Shown in pieces: positions 8,074 through 16,697 of a stretch of DNA of 32,000 bases. This stretch comes from Longivirga aurantiaca (GTDB taxonomy: Bacteria; Actinomycetota; Actinomycetes; S36-B12; CAIYMF01), in the NCBI RefSeq assembly GCF_042660085.1, contig NZ_JBHSTI010000008.1:270001-302000 (forward strand), given 5' to 3'. The notes under the pieces are model-generated. The model worked only from the letters and a program-made list of their open reading frames with translations. It was not told where the DNA came from and searched no databases. The position numbers and the translations under genes are program-made. Position 1 is the first letter of the stretch. Each line of letters begins with the position of its first letter.

Positions 8074-8080
8074 ACAGTGA
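7625..8080 (+). CDS. small partner protein of GMC oxidoreductase (copy 1); possible dehydrogenase small subunit
   Basis: ~150 aa ORF overlapping the GMC stop codon (GTGA); encoded protein matches the copy at 21496-21948 except at the C-terminus. Confidence 0.75.
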   Translation: MSVDVSVQGSVPLTAEQRARLSALADVLIRGGAGLPSASEAEVHSVWIDRVFVARPDMEVVVRGVLDVAGDAESVVAGLRASDAERFSAFAFAVAGAWLINPRVRRELGYPGPVPMRQPALPDEADAYLEDGILDVVIARGPIYRPTPDAQ

Positions 8081-9171
8081 GCTCGGTCCCTGTCTCCGAT
8101 GTCCTCGCCTGGAGCAGCGCAGTTCTCGTCGAGGCTGGGCTCGCTCCCGTCGACGCGGGATGGGTGGCGGAGAGCCTCGTCTTCGCCGACCTGCGAGGGG
8201 TGAGCACACACGGTGTGATGCGGCTCCCGACCTACGTCGCTCGCATCCGAGCGGGCGGTATCGCCGCGCGGCATTCGATCACCGTCGAGGCTGACCTGGG
8301 AGCGCTGGTGATCCTTGACGGCGGCGCCGGTGCCGGCGCGAGCCTCGGAGTGCACTCCGCCGATCTCGCCGTGGAACGCGCCCGCACCTACGGCATCGGC
8401 GCCGTGATCACCAAGAACGCCAACCACTTCGGCGCCTGCGCGTTCTACACCAACAGGATCGCCGACGCCGGGCTGCTGGGCCTGGTCGCGTGCAACACGG
8501 AATCCGTGATGTGTGCGCCGTTCGGTGGCGCACCCGTGCTGGGCACCAACCCGCTGGCGCTCGCCGTGCCGATGCCCGCGTCGGAACGCCCCCAGCTCGA
8601 CATGGCCACCACCACGACGAGCCAGGGCCGGCTGCTGATCGCGGAGCAGGCCGGGGAGCCGATACCGGTGGGGTGGGCCGTCGACGCGGGGGGACAACCC
8701 ACGACCTCCGCGAGCGAAGGCCTCCGCGGTGCGCTCCTGCCGATGGGCGGGCCGAAGGGGTTCGGGCTCGCCTTCGCCGTGGACGCACTCCTCGCGCTGG
8801 CCGGCGCCAACGTGAGCACGAGGGTGTCCGCTCTGGGCGGCGATCCCTCCGAGGCCCAGAGGCTGGGGCACATCGCCATCGCCATCCGCGCGGACGGTGC
8901 GCAGCCGCTCGACGACTACCGCAGCGCCATGAGCGGGCTTGTCGGTTCCATCCACGCCAGCTCGGTCGGGCTGGACGTGCCAGCGGCGGTCGCGCCGGGG
9001 GAGCCCGAGGTGGAGCGCGAGCGCGCGGCCGACGGGCGCATCTCGCTCTCGCCGCATGTCGTCGCGGAGCTCGCCGAGCTCGCCGAGAGCGCGGGGATCG
9101 CCCTGCCGTCCGCGCTCGCCGCACTCACGCGACCGATCACCACTCGCGAATCTGGAGAGACGAGCACATGA
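8077..9171 (+). CDS. Ldh2/malate-lactate dehydrogenase family oxidoreductase
   Basis: DLRGVSTHGVMRLPTYVARI, KNANHFGACAFYT, APFGG and MGGPKGFGLAFAVD are family-type motifs. Confidence 0.9.
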   Translation: MSSVPVSDVLAWSSAVLVEAGLAPVDAGWVAESLVFADLRGVSTHGVMRLPTYVARIRAGGIAARHSITVEADLGALVILDGGAGAGASLGVHSADLAVERARTYGIGAVITKNANHFGACAFYTNRIADAGLLGLVACNTESVMCAPFGGAPVLGTNPLALAVPMPASERPQLDMATTTTSQGRLLIAEQAGEPIPVGWAVDAGGQPTTSASEGLRGALLPMGGPKGFGLAFAVDALLALAGANVSTRVSALGGDPSEAQRLGHIAIAIRADGAQPLDDYRSAMSGLVGSIHASSVGLDVPAAVAPGEPEVERERAADGRISLSPHVVAELAELAESAGIALPSALAALTRPITTRESGETST

Positions 9172-10256
9172 CCACGATCGCCTCCGTGCGCTCCGACTAC
9201 TACCTGGTCCCGCTGGACGTCGTTCTGAGCGACAGCACCCACGGCAGCATCCCGCACTTCGAGCTGGTGACCGTCCGGGTCACAGACAGCGACGGAGCGG
9301 AGGGGATCGGCTACACGTACGCCGTGAACTCGGGCGGGGCTGCCTTCAAGACCCTGATCGACCACTACCTGACACCCGTGGTCCTCGGCGCCGACGTCGA
9401 CGCGAGCGAGCGCGTCTGGCAGGACATGTGGTGGGCCGTCCACTACTCCGGACGTGGCGGTCACGCGACCTCGGCGATCTCGGCCGTGGACATCGCGATC
9501 TGGGACCTGCGCGCCAAACGCGCAGGCCAGCCGCTGTGGCGCTACTTCGGCGGCTTCGACCCGAAGGTGCCGGTGTACGCCGGGGGCATCGACCTGGACT
9601 TCTCGGTCGAGGAGCTGCTCGAGCAGGCCGACCGTTTCCAGGAGCTCGGGTTCCGAGCCATCAAGATGAAGGTCGGCCGAGCGAGCCTGCGGGAGGACGT
9701 CGAGAGGGTCCGCCGGATGCGCGAGCACCTCGGCGACGACTTCCCGCTCATGGTCGACGCCAACATGAAGTGGAGCGTCGACCAGGCCGTGCGTGCTGCC
9801 CAGGCCCTCGCCGAGTTCAACCTGCTGTGGATCGAGGAGCCGACCATCCCCGATGACGTCGCGGGCCATGTGCGGGTCGTGCGCGAGGGGCGCACCCCGG
9901 TCGCCACCGGCGAGAACATGCACACGCTGTACGAGTTCAGCAACCTCATCGTCGCGGGCGGGCTGACGTACCCGGAACCGGACGTCACCAACTGCGGCGG
10001 CATGACCGTGTTCCGCAAGATCGCGGCGGTGGCGGAGGCGCACAATCTCCCCGTGACGTCCCATGGTGTGCACGATCTGACGGTCCACCTGCTCGCGGCT
10101 GCTCCCAACCGGACCTTCATGGAGGCCCATGGCTTCTCGCTGGACCGCTACATCGCCCACCCCATGGCCGTCGTGGACGGGTTCACCATGGCGCCCGAGA
10201 GGCCCGGGCACGGCATCGAGCTCGACTGGTCGGCTCTGGAGCAGCACCGGTCGTGA
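9168..10256 (+). CDS. mandelate racemase/muconate lactonizing (enolase) superfamily protein, likely sugar-acid dehydratase or cycloisomerase
   Basis: AIKMKVG (KxK), MVDANMKW, WIEEPTIPDD, ATGEN, SHGVHD; 4-bp ATGA overlap with the upstream gene. Confidence 0.9.
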   Translation: MTTIASVRSDYYLVPLDVVLSDSTHGSIPHFELVTVRVTDSDGAEGIGYTYAVNSGGAAFKTLIDHYLTPVVLGADVDASERVWQDMWWAVHYSGRGGHATSAISAVDIAIWDLRAKRAGQPLWRYFGGFDPKVPVYAGGIDLDFSVEELLEQADRFQELGFRAIKMKVGRASLREDVERVRRMREHLGDDFPLMVDANMKWSVDQAVRAAQALAEFNLLWIEEPTIPDDVAGHVRVVREGRTPVATGENMHTLYEFSNLIVAGGLTYPEPDVTNCGGMTVFRKIAAVAEAHNLPVTSHGVHDLTVHLLAAAPNRTFMEAHGFSLDRYIAHPMAVVDGFTMAPERPGHGIELDWSALEQHRS

Positions 10257-10942
10257 CTACGGGAGCGATAAGACGCCGCCTCGTCCTCTGGGATGTCGAC
10301 GGCACGCTGGTGAGCAACGACGAGAGCGACGAGCGGCTGTTCGTGGCCACCACCGAGTCCGTCCTCGGCCCGTTGCCGCACATCGTGCACCCGTACCGCC
10401 ATGGCAAGACCGACCGGCAGCAGGTGATCGAGTACCTCAAGGCCAACGGAGGCTCCTCCGCGCAGGCTGACGAGGGCTCGAGGCTTCTTGTCGAGCACTC
10501 ACGGGTGCACTTCGCCGAGCCCGGAGAGCGTGTGACGCTGCCGGGGGTGCGAGCAACGCTCGAGGCGCTCGCTGCCGCAGGGCACGTCAACGCCATGCTG
10601 ACCGGGAACAGCGAGGTGCGCGCACGGCTCAAGCTGCGATCCGCCGGCTTGTCATCGGAGCATTTCGACTGGGCGTCCAGCTTCTTCGGCGGAGCCGTCG
10701 CCTCCCGCCTAGACCTGACGCGTGCTGCCTCGGAGTACGCCGCTGGCCGCGGCCTGGTGCCGGTGGTGATCGGGGACACCGCCGCGGACTCGCACGCGGC
10801 CGAGATCGCGGGGATCGAGTTCATCGGCGTGGCCACGGGCGTGTACGACGCCTCGGAGCTACGAGCGACCCCGAACGTCCTGGTCGTCGACGACCTGGAC
10901 GTGGGTGGCCGTTCCGTCCTCGACCTTCTCGCGACCCGTTAG
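10253..10942 (+). CDS. HAD-superfamily hydrolase
   Basis: LVLWDVDGTL motif I, MLTGNS motif II, VIGDTAADSHAA motif IV; GTGA overlap with the upstream gene. Confidence 0.88.
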   Translation: MTTGAIRRRLVLWDVDGTLVSNDESDERLFVATTESVLGPLPHIVHPYRHGKTDRQQVIEYLKANGGSSAQADEGSRLLVEHSRVHFAEPGERVTLPGVRATLEALAAAGHVNAMLTGNSEVRARLKLRSAGLSSEHFDWASSFFGGAVASRLDLTRAASEYAAGRGLVPVVIGDTAADSHAAEIAGIEFIGVATGVYDASELRATPNVLVVDDLDVGGRSVLDLLATR

Positions 10943-11337
10943 GAGCCGACGGCTGCGGCCTTCTCGGCCAGCCTGGACCCGAACTTGTCCAGGTCGACGA
11001 TGAACCGCTCATGAGTACCGGCGACGACGTCGTCGATACCGTCGTTCGCTGTGATCTCGAAGACGACACGGCGCCGATCGACCTCGGTGACGGTTGCCGT
11101 GCAGGTCACGGTCTGCCCCAGCAGTGTCGCGGCGGTGTGCGCGATGTCGACGCGCGTGCCGACGCTCGACTGGGTCGGCGGTAGGTGAGGTGCCAGCGCC
11201 TCGATCGCCGTGAGCTCCAGCAGCAGGACGAGATCAGGCGTGGCGAAGATGCGGTAGTCGCCTCGCTCCGTGCAGTCCTCGAGCTCGATCCGCTTGACCA
11301 GCGTGCCGCTGGTGCCCACGGTGATGTCGTCGATCAT
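10939..11337 (-). CDS. hotdog-fold thioesterase-like protein (FlK-like)
   Basis: TPDLVLLLELTAIEAL...SVGTRVDIAHTAATLLGQTV...ATVTEVDRRRVVFEI...DGIDDVVAGTHERFIVD pattern. Confidence 0.78.
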   Translation of the reverse strand: MIDDITVGTSGTLVKRIELEDCTERGDYRIFATPDLVLLLELTAIEALAPHLPPTQSSVGTRVDIAHTAATLLGQTVTCTATVTEVDRRRVVFEITANDGIDDVVAGTHERFIVDLDKFGSRLAEKAAAVGS

Positions 11338-11355
11338 GGTGTCCTCTCGGGTTGT

Positions 11356-12267
11356 CTAGAGCACTGCCAAAGGGTTCACCGGAGAGCCGGTTCCCCCGGG
11401 GATGCGCAGGGGGGCCATGGCGAACAGGAACTCCCAGCGGTCGAGGTCCGCGCAGGCGACCGCGAGGTCCTCGAGGGACATGTTGTCGATGAGCGGCATG
11501 CCCATCGCATTGAGCGCCAGCGCATGGATGGGCGAGACGATGCCCGCGACCGGGCTCGGTCGGGCGTCGCTGTCGCCGTCCGAGCCGAGCAGGGCGGACC
11601 CGTCGCGGCTGAGCACCTGCATGCAGTCAGGCCCGAGACCCGCACTGAAGTTCGAGGGGTCCCAGGCGCCGAGGGCGTCCTTCCTCGCACGAGCGCCCGT
11701 GCGCACGAGGACGGCGTCCCCGGGACGCAGAGACACGCCCTGCTCAGCGAGCACCGATTCGAGCTCGTCGGCTCCGATGGCCGTGCCGGGATCCAGCCAC
11801 GGCAGTCCGCGGCTGCGCGGGACGTCCACCAGGACACCGCGGGTCACTACCCCGTGTGCCATGTGGGCGACGGTTCCGACGTCGCCACCACGATCGCCGA
11901 CGTGCGTCTCGGAGTCGTAGCCGTTGTAGAGACGTCCGCGGAACACGCAGTGGCACAGGGCGTCGAGGTGCGTCACGGACTTCCCGTGGAAGTCCATGCC
12001 CACGTAGTCGGTGTTGACGCTCGGCTCGGCGTCCCCCGTGGCCGCGTATCCGGTCATGCGGTGCTCGACGGGTCGAGCGTTGTCGGGGCCGGGATCGCGA
12101 TCCAGGTCATGGCTCAGGCTGATCGAGCGGCCCACCCGGACGAGCGAAGAGGCCTCGACGACCGTGCGGTCCGAGATGTGATGGAGAGTCCCGCGCTGAT
12201 CGTCGTGACCCCAGCGACCCCAGGTGCTGACCCGATCGAAGAGCGCGTCGAAGTCCGCGGACTCCAT
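11356..12267 (-). CDS. cyclase-family (kynurenine formamidase-like) hydrolase
   Basis: SISLSHDLD, MDFHGKSVTHLDALCHCVFRGRLYNG, GVLVDVPR and PGDAVLVRTG; ATG start at 12267, internal to the longer track ORF. Confidence 0.82.
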   Translation of the reverse strand: MESADFDALFDRVSTWGRWGHDDQRGTLHHISDRTVVEASSLVRVGRSISLSHDLDRDPGPDNARPVEHRMTGYAATGDAEPSVNTDYVGMDFHGKSVTHLDALCHCVFRGRLYNGYDSETHVGDRGGDVGTVAHMAHGVVTRGVLVDVPRSRGLPWLDPGTAIGADELESVLAEQGVSLRPGDAVLVRTGARARKDALGAWDPSNFSAGLGPDCMQVLSRDGSALLGSDGDSDARPSPVAGIVSPIHALALNAMGMPLIDNMSLEDLAVACADLDRWEFLFAMAPLRIPGGTGSPVNPLAVL

Positions 12268-12269
12268 GG

Positions 12270-12698
12270 TCACGGGTTCCTGTCGATCTCGAACATCACG
12301 AGCTCCGCCTCGCCCTCGAGCACCACGAGTCCCTCGCCCTTGGAGACCGTGGTGGTGACGAATACCCGGCCGCGCTCCTCGTTCTTGTCGGTGACGACGC
12401 ACTCCACGGTGATGCGGTCCCCGATGAGCACAGGTCCTCGGAAGCGCATGGTCTGCGACACATACGCGCTGCCGACGCCCAGCAGCTGGGCCAACGTCGC
12501 ACCGATATAGCCGCCGCACTGCATGCCGTAGGCGACCCGCCCTCCGAAGCGTGTCGAGGCAGCGAACACCTCGTCCAGGTGCAGCGGACCTCGGTCGCCG
12601 ATGATGCCGGCGTACATGACGACGTCGGCCTCCGTGACCGTGCGCGTCCACTCCTCACGGTCGCCGACCTGGACCTGGTCGATGGTCAGGTACTTCAC
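12270..12698 (-). CDS. MaoC-like hotdog dehydratase/hydratase
   Basis: VTEADVVMYAGIIGDRGPLHLDEVFAA...RVAYGMQCGGY; GTG start overlaps the stop of the upstream gene. Confidence 0.88.
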   Translation of the reverse strand: MKYLTIDQVQVGDREEWTRTVTEADVVMYAGIIGDRGPLHLDEVFAASTRFGGRVAYGMQCGGYIGATLAQLLGVGSAYVSQTMRFRGPVLIGDRITVECVVTDKNEERGRVFVTTTVSKGEGLVVLEGEAELVMFEIDRNP

Positions 12699-14338
12699 GT
12701 CTGCGCTCCTGTGATGAGTTGCCGCAGGGACACCCCGGCGGCATGACGGTCCCACGTGTCCGGCGTGACGCCCTCGTTGCGCAGGGCGACCTTCTGCGGC
12801 TTCCCGTTAGGGGTCCTGGGCAGCTGATCGAGCACGCGGACGTAGCGAGGCACCATGAAGTGCGGCAGTCGTTGCGCGAGGTCGGTGATGAGAGCGCCCG
12901 GATCGAGCGGGGCGCCGGGCGCGGGGATCAGGCACAGCAGCACGTCGTCGTCGCCCGCGAACTCCGAAGGAACGCCGACGGCGGCGCACTCGGCCACGCC
13001 CGGATGCTCGAGCGCGGCACGCTCGATCTCGTACGACGAGATGTTCTCCGCTCGGCGGCGGATGCGCTCCTTGACCCGGTCCACGAAGTACACGTAGCCA
13101 TCCTCGGCGATGTAGGCGAGGTCGCCCGTGTGGAACCACAGGTTTCGCCATGCGGCCAGAGTGGCCTCGGGCATGCGCAGGTAGCCCTGCATCATGGTGA
13201 AGGGCCGTCGAGGGCGCAGGACCATCTCGCCCGTGCTGCCCAGCGGGACCTCCTCGTCGGTGTCCGGGTCGACGATCCGCAGCTCGAAGTGCTCAGCACG
13301 CAGGCGCCCGCACGATCCGATCCGCAGTGGTTCGTCGAACGGCTGCCAGATCGGGATCGTCACCTCGGTCATCCCCCACGTCTCGATCCCGCGGATGCCG
13401 AAGCGCTCCTGGAAATCCAGGGCGATGCCGGCGGGGAACGGGGAGGCCATGATGCGGGTGATGGGGTTCTCGGCATCGTCAGCTCGCACCGGCTGCTGGT
13501 GCAGCATCTCGACGAGGGGGCCGTGCAGGAGCGCGATGGTGCAGTCGTTCTCGCGCGCCCGCGACAGGAACTCGTCGACCGCGAAGCGCGTGTCGAGGAC
13601 GACGCGCCCGGCGGCCATCATCGAGCCCATGATCCCGATGAACTTCCCTGCGACGTGGAACAGCGGGATGAAGCAGTAGAAGGCGTCGTCCGAGGTCATC
13701 CGCGCGCCTTCGACGCCGAGGCGCGAGAACAGCCGCACCTGACCGTGAGGCATCATCACGCCCTTGGCCGGTCCCGTCGTCCCGGACGTGTAGATGATGG
13801 ACGCGATGTCGTGGGGTCCGACGAGCCGCTCGGGCGCGGTGTCGGACGCGCCCAGGACGTCATGGAACGCCAGGGTCCTGGTGCCGGGGACCGTCACCGT
13901 CACCGGTCCGTCGCCGGCGGGGTAGACGACGACCGTGTCCAGATGGGTGAGCGAGTCGCTGATCTCGACGACCCGGGGGAGCAGCGCCTCCTCGACGAAC
14001 ATGACGCGCGCCTGGGAGTTCTGCAGCACATGCTCGAGGCTGTGGCCGCGGTAGCCGGTGTTGATCGCGACCTCGACCGCGCCTGCGAGGCTCGTGCCCA
14101 GCCAGGTGGCGATGGACTCCGTGGAGTTGTCGGCCATGATCACGACGCACTCGCCGTGCGCGACGCCCAGCGCGACGAGCCCGTTGCCGACGGCGCACGC
14201 GGCGCGGTAGGCCTCGGCGTAGGTCACCGGTCGGCCGCCGACCTGGCGGAAGAACTCGCGCTCTCCGTCCTCGCCGGCGCGGGCCCGGAGCAGATCCGGA
14301 AGAAGCGCGTCGAGCATGACGTCCACGGTGTGCGGCAC
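12695..14338 (-). CDS. AMP-dependent acyl-CoA synthetase/ligase
   Basis: ASIIYTSGTTGPAKGVMMPHG, TWGMTEV, LWFHTGDLAY, RIRRRAENISSYEIE and PRTPNGKPQKVALR. Confidence 0.95.
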   Translation of the reverse strand: MPHTVDVMLDALLPDLLRARAGEDGEREFFRQVGGRPVTYAEAYRAACAVGNGLVALGVAHGECVVIMADNSTESIATWLGTSLAGAVEVAINTGYRGHSLEHVLQNSQARVMFVEEALLPRVVEISDSLTHLDTVVVYPAGDGPVTVTVPGTRTLAFHDVLGASDTAPERLVGPHDIASIIYTSGTTGPAKGVMMPHGQVRLFSRLGVEGARMTSDDAFYCFIPLFHVAGKFIGIMGSMMAAGRVVLDTRFAVDEFLSRARENDCTIALLHGPLVEMLHQQPVRADDAENPITRIMASPFPAGIALDFQERFGIRGIETWGMTEVTIPIWQPFDEPLRIGSCGRLRAEHFELRIVDPDTDEEVPLGSTGEMVLRPRRPFTMMQGYLRMPEATLAAWRNLWFHTGDLAYIAEDGYVYFVDRVKERIRRRAENISSYEIERAALEHPGVAECAAVGVPSEFAGDDDVLLCLIPAPGAPLDPGALITDLAQRLPHFMVPRYVRVLDQLPRTPNGKPQKVALRNEGVTPDTWDRHAAGVSLRQLITGAQT

Positions 14339-14341
14339 CCT

Positions 14342-15322
14342 TCAGATGTTGACGGCGGACATGTCGCTGTAGCGGTCGCCGACGACGGCATCCGGCGGGA
14401 CGAGATCGCCCAGCCGAGCCAGGTGCTCGTCCGTGAGCTGCAGCGACGCCGCGGCGACGTTGGACTCGAGGTTACGGCGGTGCTTCGTCCCCGGGATGGG
14501 TACGACGTCGTCGCCCTGTGCGAGCACCCACGCCAGCGCCAGCTGCGCGAGCGTGCAGCCCAGATCGTCGGCGATCTCGCGGGAGGCCTCCACGAGGGCG
14601 AGGTTGCGCTGCAGCGCATCGCCCTGGAAGCGCGGCGACGTGCGCCGCCAGTCGTCGGGCGCCAGGTCGTCGGCGTGGCTGATCGCACCCGTGAGCAGCC
14701 CTCGGCCCAGCGGGCCGTAGGCGACGAACCCGACGCCCAGCTCACGGCACACCGGGAGGATCTCCTGCTCCACGTCGCGGCTCTGGAGGGAGTACTCGCT
14801 CTGGATCGCCGCAACCGGGTGCACGGCATGGGCCCTGCGCAAGGTGGCGCCCGAGACCTCCGACAGCCCGATGTAGCGCACCTTGCCCGCAGCCACCAGG
14901 TCGGCCATCGCCCCGACCGTCTCCTCGATGGGAGTGTCCCGGTCCAGCCGGTGCTGCCAGTAGATGTCGATGCGGTCGGTGCCGAGGCGCTGGAGGGACA
15001 GGTCGCAGGAACGTCGGACATAGTCCGGGCGTCCGTTGACGCCGAGGTTCGTCCCGTCCGAGGCGCGCACCATGCCGAACTTGGTGGAGTAGAGGACCCG
15101 GTCCCGCTGTCCGGCGAGCGCATGACCGATCAGGGCCTCGTTGGCGAACGGGCCGTAGACGTCGGCGGTGTCGAAGAGCGTGACGCCGAGCTCCACGGCT
15201 CGCAGCAGCGTGGCGCGCGACTCCGCGTCGTCGAAGTCGGTGCCGTACGTGCCGGACATGGTCATGCAGCCCAGACCGAGGGACGACACCTCGAGCTCGG
15301 CGCCGAGGCGACGGGTGCGCAC
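14342..15322 (-). CDS. aldo/keto reductase
   Basis: GLGCMTMSG, LFDTADVYG, KFG, DIYWQHRLD, PIPGTKHRRNLESN. Confidence 0.93.
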   Translation of the reverse strand: MRTRRLGAELEVSSLGLGCMTMSGTYGTDFDDAESRATLLRAVELGVTLFDTADVYGPFANEALIGHALAGQRDRVLYSTKFGMVRASDGTNLGVNGRPDYVRRSCDLSLQRLGTDRIDIYWQHRLDRDTPIEETVGAMADLVAAGKVRYIGLSEVSGATLRRAHAVHPVAAIQSEYSLQSRDVEQEILPVCRELGVGFVAYGPLGRGLLTGAISHADDLAPDDWRRTSPRFQGDALQRNLALVEASREIADDLGCTLAQLALAWVLAQGDDVVPIPGTKHRRNLESNVAAASLQLTDEHLARLGDLVPPDAVVGDRYSDMSAVNI

Positions 15323-15324
15323 GG

Positions 15325-15633
15325 CTACTGCCCGACCGGGAAGACGGTCTCGACCCGGCGGACGGAGATGCTCAGGACGAAGGCCTTGGGCTCGTCGCCG
15401 ATCACCGCGGCCCGCCTCTCCGACGCCCGGTAGCGGGCCTCCTGCTCCTCGGCGGTGCCCTCGCCGACGAACTCGCGCACCCACAGGAAGGTGGAGGTCG
15501 CACGGTCGGCCCACGCACCGCGCACGGGCAGCCCGAACTCCTCGTGGAGGGGCACGATCTTGTCGTGGAAGAGCGTCAGCCAGGCGTCCATCGTGCCTGG
15601 GACGATCTCGTACGTTCGATGCTCGACGGTCAC
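15325..15633 (-). CDS. NIPSNAP-family small protein
   Basis: EHRTYEIVPGTMDAWLTLFHDKIVPLHEEFGLPVRGAWAD...FLWVREF pattern. Confidence 0.82.
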   Translation of the reverse strand: MTVEHRTYEIVPGTMDAWLTLFHDKIVPLHEEFGLPVRGAWADRATSTFLWVREFVGEGTAEEQEARYRASERRAAVIGDEPKAFVLSISVRRVETVFPVGQ

Positions 15634-15645
15634 CGGTATCCTCTC

Positions 15646-15680
15646 CTATGCGACATACGCACATTGATTGCATATGTCGC
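15646..15680. promoter_or_regulatory. inverted-repeat operator in divergent promoter (NIPSNAP/AKR operon vs kinase/IclR/aldolase operon)
   Basis: GCGACATACGCA (15650-15661) inverted against TGCATATGTCGC (15669-15680), one mismatch. Confidence 0.65.
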
Positions 15681-15746
15681 TGAGTGAGGCTAACGTCCAT
15701 CGGAAAGGCAGGTCAAGGTGACCAGCCCCGACGCGCGAAGGCCGAC

Positions 15747-16697
15747 GTGAGCGGGAGTGACCCAGATCTGGTTGCCGTCGGCGAGACGATGGCGACCTTC
15801 GTGCGCGCCGGCGCAGTCGATGCCTACCGGCTCGTGACGGCCGGGGCCGAGTCCAATGTCGCCGCCGGGATGGCCGTGCTGGGGTGCCGGACGCAGTGGC
15901 ACTCGCGGCTCGGGGCCGACGAGCTCGGCGCGTTCGTCGCCGACTCGCTCGCGGCGGCCGGGGTCGACGTCGTCGTCGAGCGCGACCCCGAGCGTCCTAC
16001 GGGTGCGGCGGTCAAGGAGATCGGCGACGCAGGGTCCCGGATGCGCTACTACCGCGCCGGCAGCGCGGCGAGCCGACTCGACCTGCTGGACACGCGTCCC
16101 GCTCAGGAGGCGCAGCGCCTGCACCTCACCGGGGTGACCCCGGCCCTGTCCCGCGAGAACAGCGGCGTGGTCGCGCGGCTGCTCGCCGACCGCCGCGGGG
16201 GCACCAGCTTCGACATCAACTACAGGCCGGTCCTCTGGGCCAGCGCCGAGCAGGCTGCCAGCGTCCTCATCCCGCTGGCACGATCCGCCGACGTCGTCCT
16301 CATCGGCGATGACGAGGCACGGGCGCTTCTCGGGTCCGACGACGTCGACGTGGTGGCGCGAGCGATCCTGGTGCGGCCCGACCAGGAGCTGGTGCTCAAG
16401 CGCGGGCCGTCCGAGGCCGTGCTCGCGACCGAGGACCGGCGCGTCTCCGAACCGGCTCACCGGGTCGAGGTCGTCGACGTCACCGGAGCGGGGGACGGGT
16501 TCGCGGCGGGCTACCTGACGGCTGCGGTCTGGGGCTGGCCCGCGCGTGCGAGACTCCGGCTCGGGCATTTCCTGGCCTCACGGGTCGTGGGAGTCCTGGG
16601 AGACACCGTGCCTGACATCGACCGAGAAGACCTGACCAGGCTCGCCGTTGACCTGGGGCAGACGTGGCCGAACCCGACGGAGGAGAGACGACGATGA
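15747..16697 (+). CDS. PfkB-family carbohydrate kinase (2-keto-3-deoxygluconate kinase-like)
   Basis: GAESNVAAGMAVLG, LTGVTPAL, FDINYRPVLW, LKRGPSEAV and DVTGAGDGFAAGYL signature. Confidence 0.9.
   Translation: MSGSDPDLVAVGETMATFVRAGAVDAYRLVTAGAESNVAAGMAVLGCRTQWHSRLGADELGAFVADSLAAAGVDVVVERDPERPTGAAVKEIGDAGSRMRYYRAGSAASRLDLLDTRPAQEAQRLHLTGVTPALSRENSGVVARLLADRRGGTSFDINYRPVLWASAEQAASVLIPLARSADVVLIGDDEARALLGSDDVDVVARAILVRPDQELVLKRGPSEAVLATEDRRVSEPAHRVEVVDVTGAGDGFAAGYLTAAVWGWPARARLRLGHFLASRVVGVLGDTVPDIDREDLTRLAVDLGQTWPNPTEERRR

Noticed and set aside
12695-14338. Possible NRPS/polyketide biosynthetic cluster because of an AMP-binding enzyme beside MaoC and cyclase-family genes
   Set aside because: The ligase is stand-alone without carrier-protein or condensation domains; neighbours look catabolic.
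12719-15433. 904-aa plus-strand ORF opposite the CoA ligase and aldo/keto reductase
   Set aside because: Antisense artefact; no domain-like motifs and covers several real minus-strand genes.
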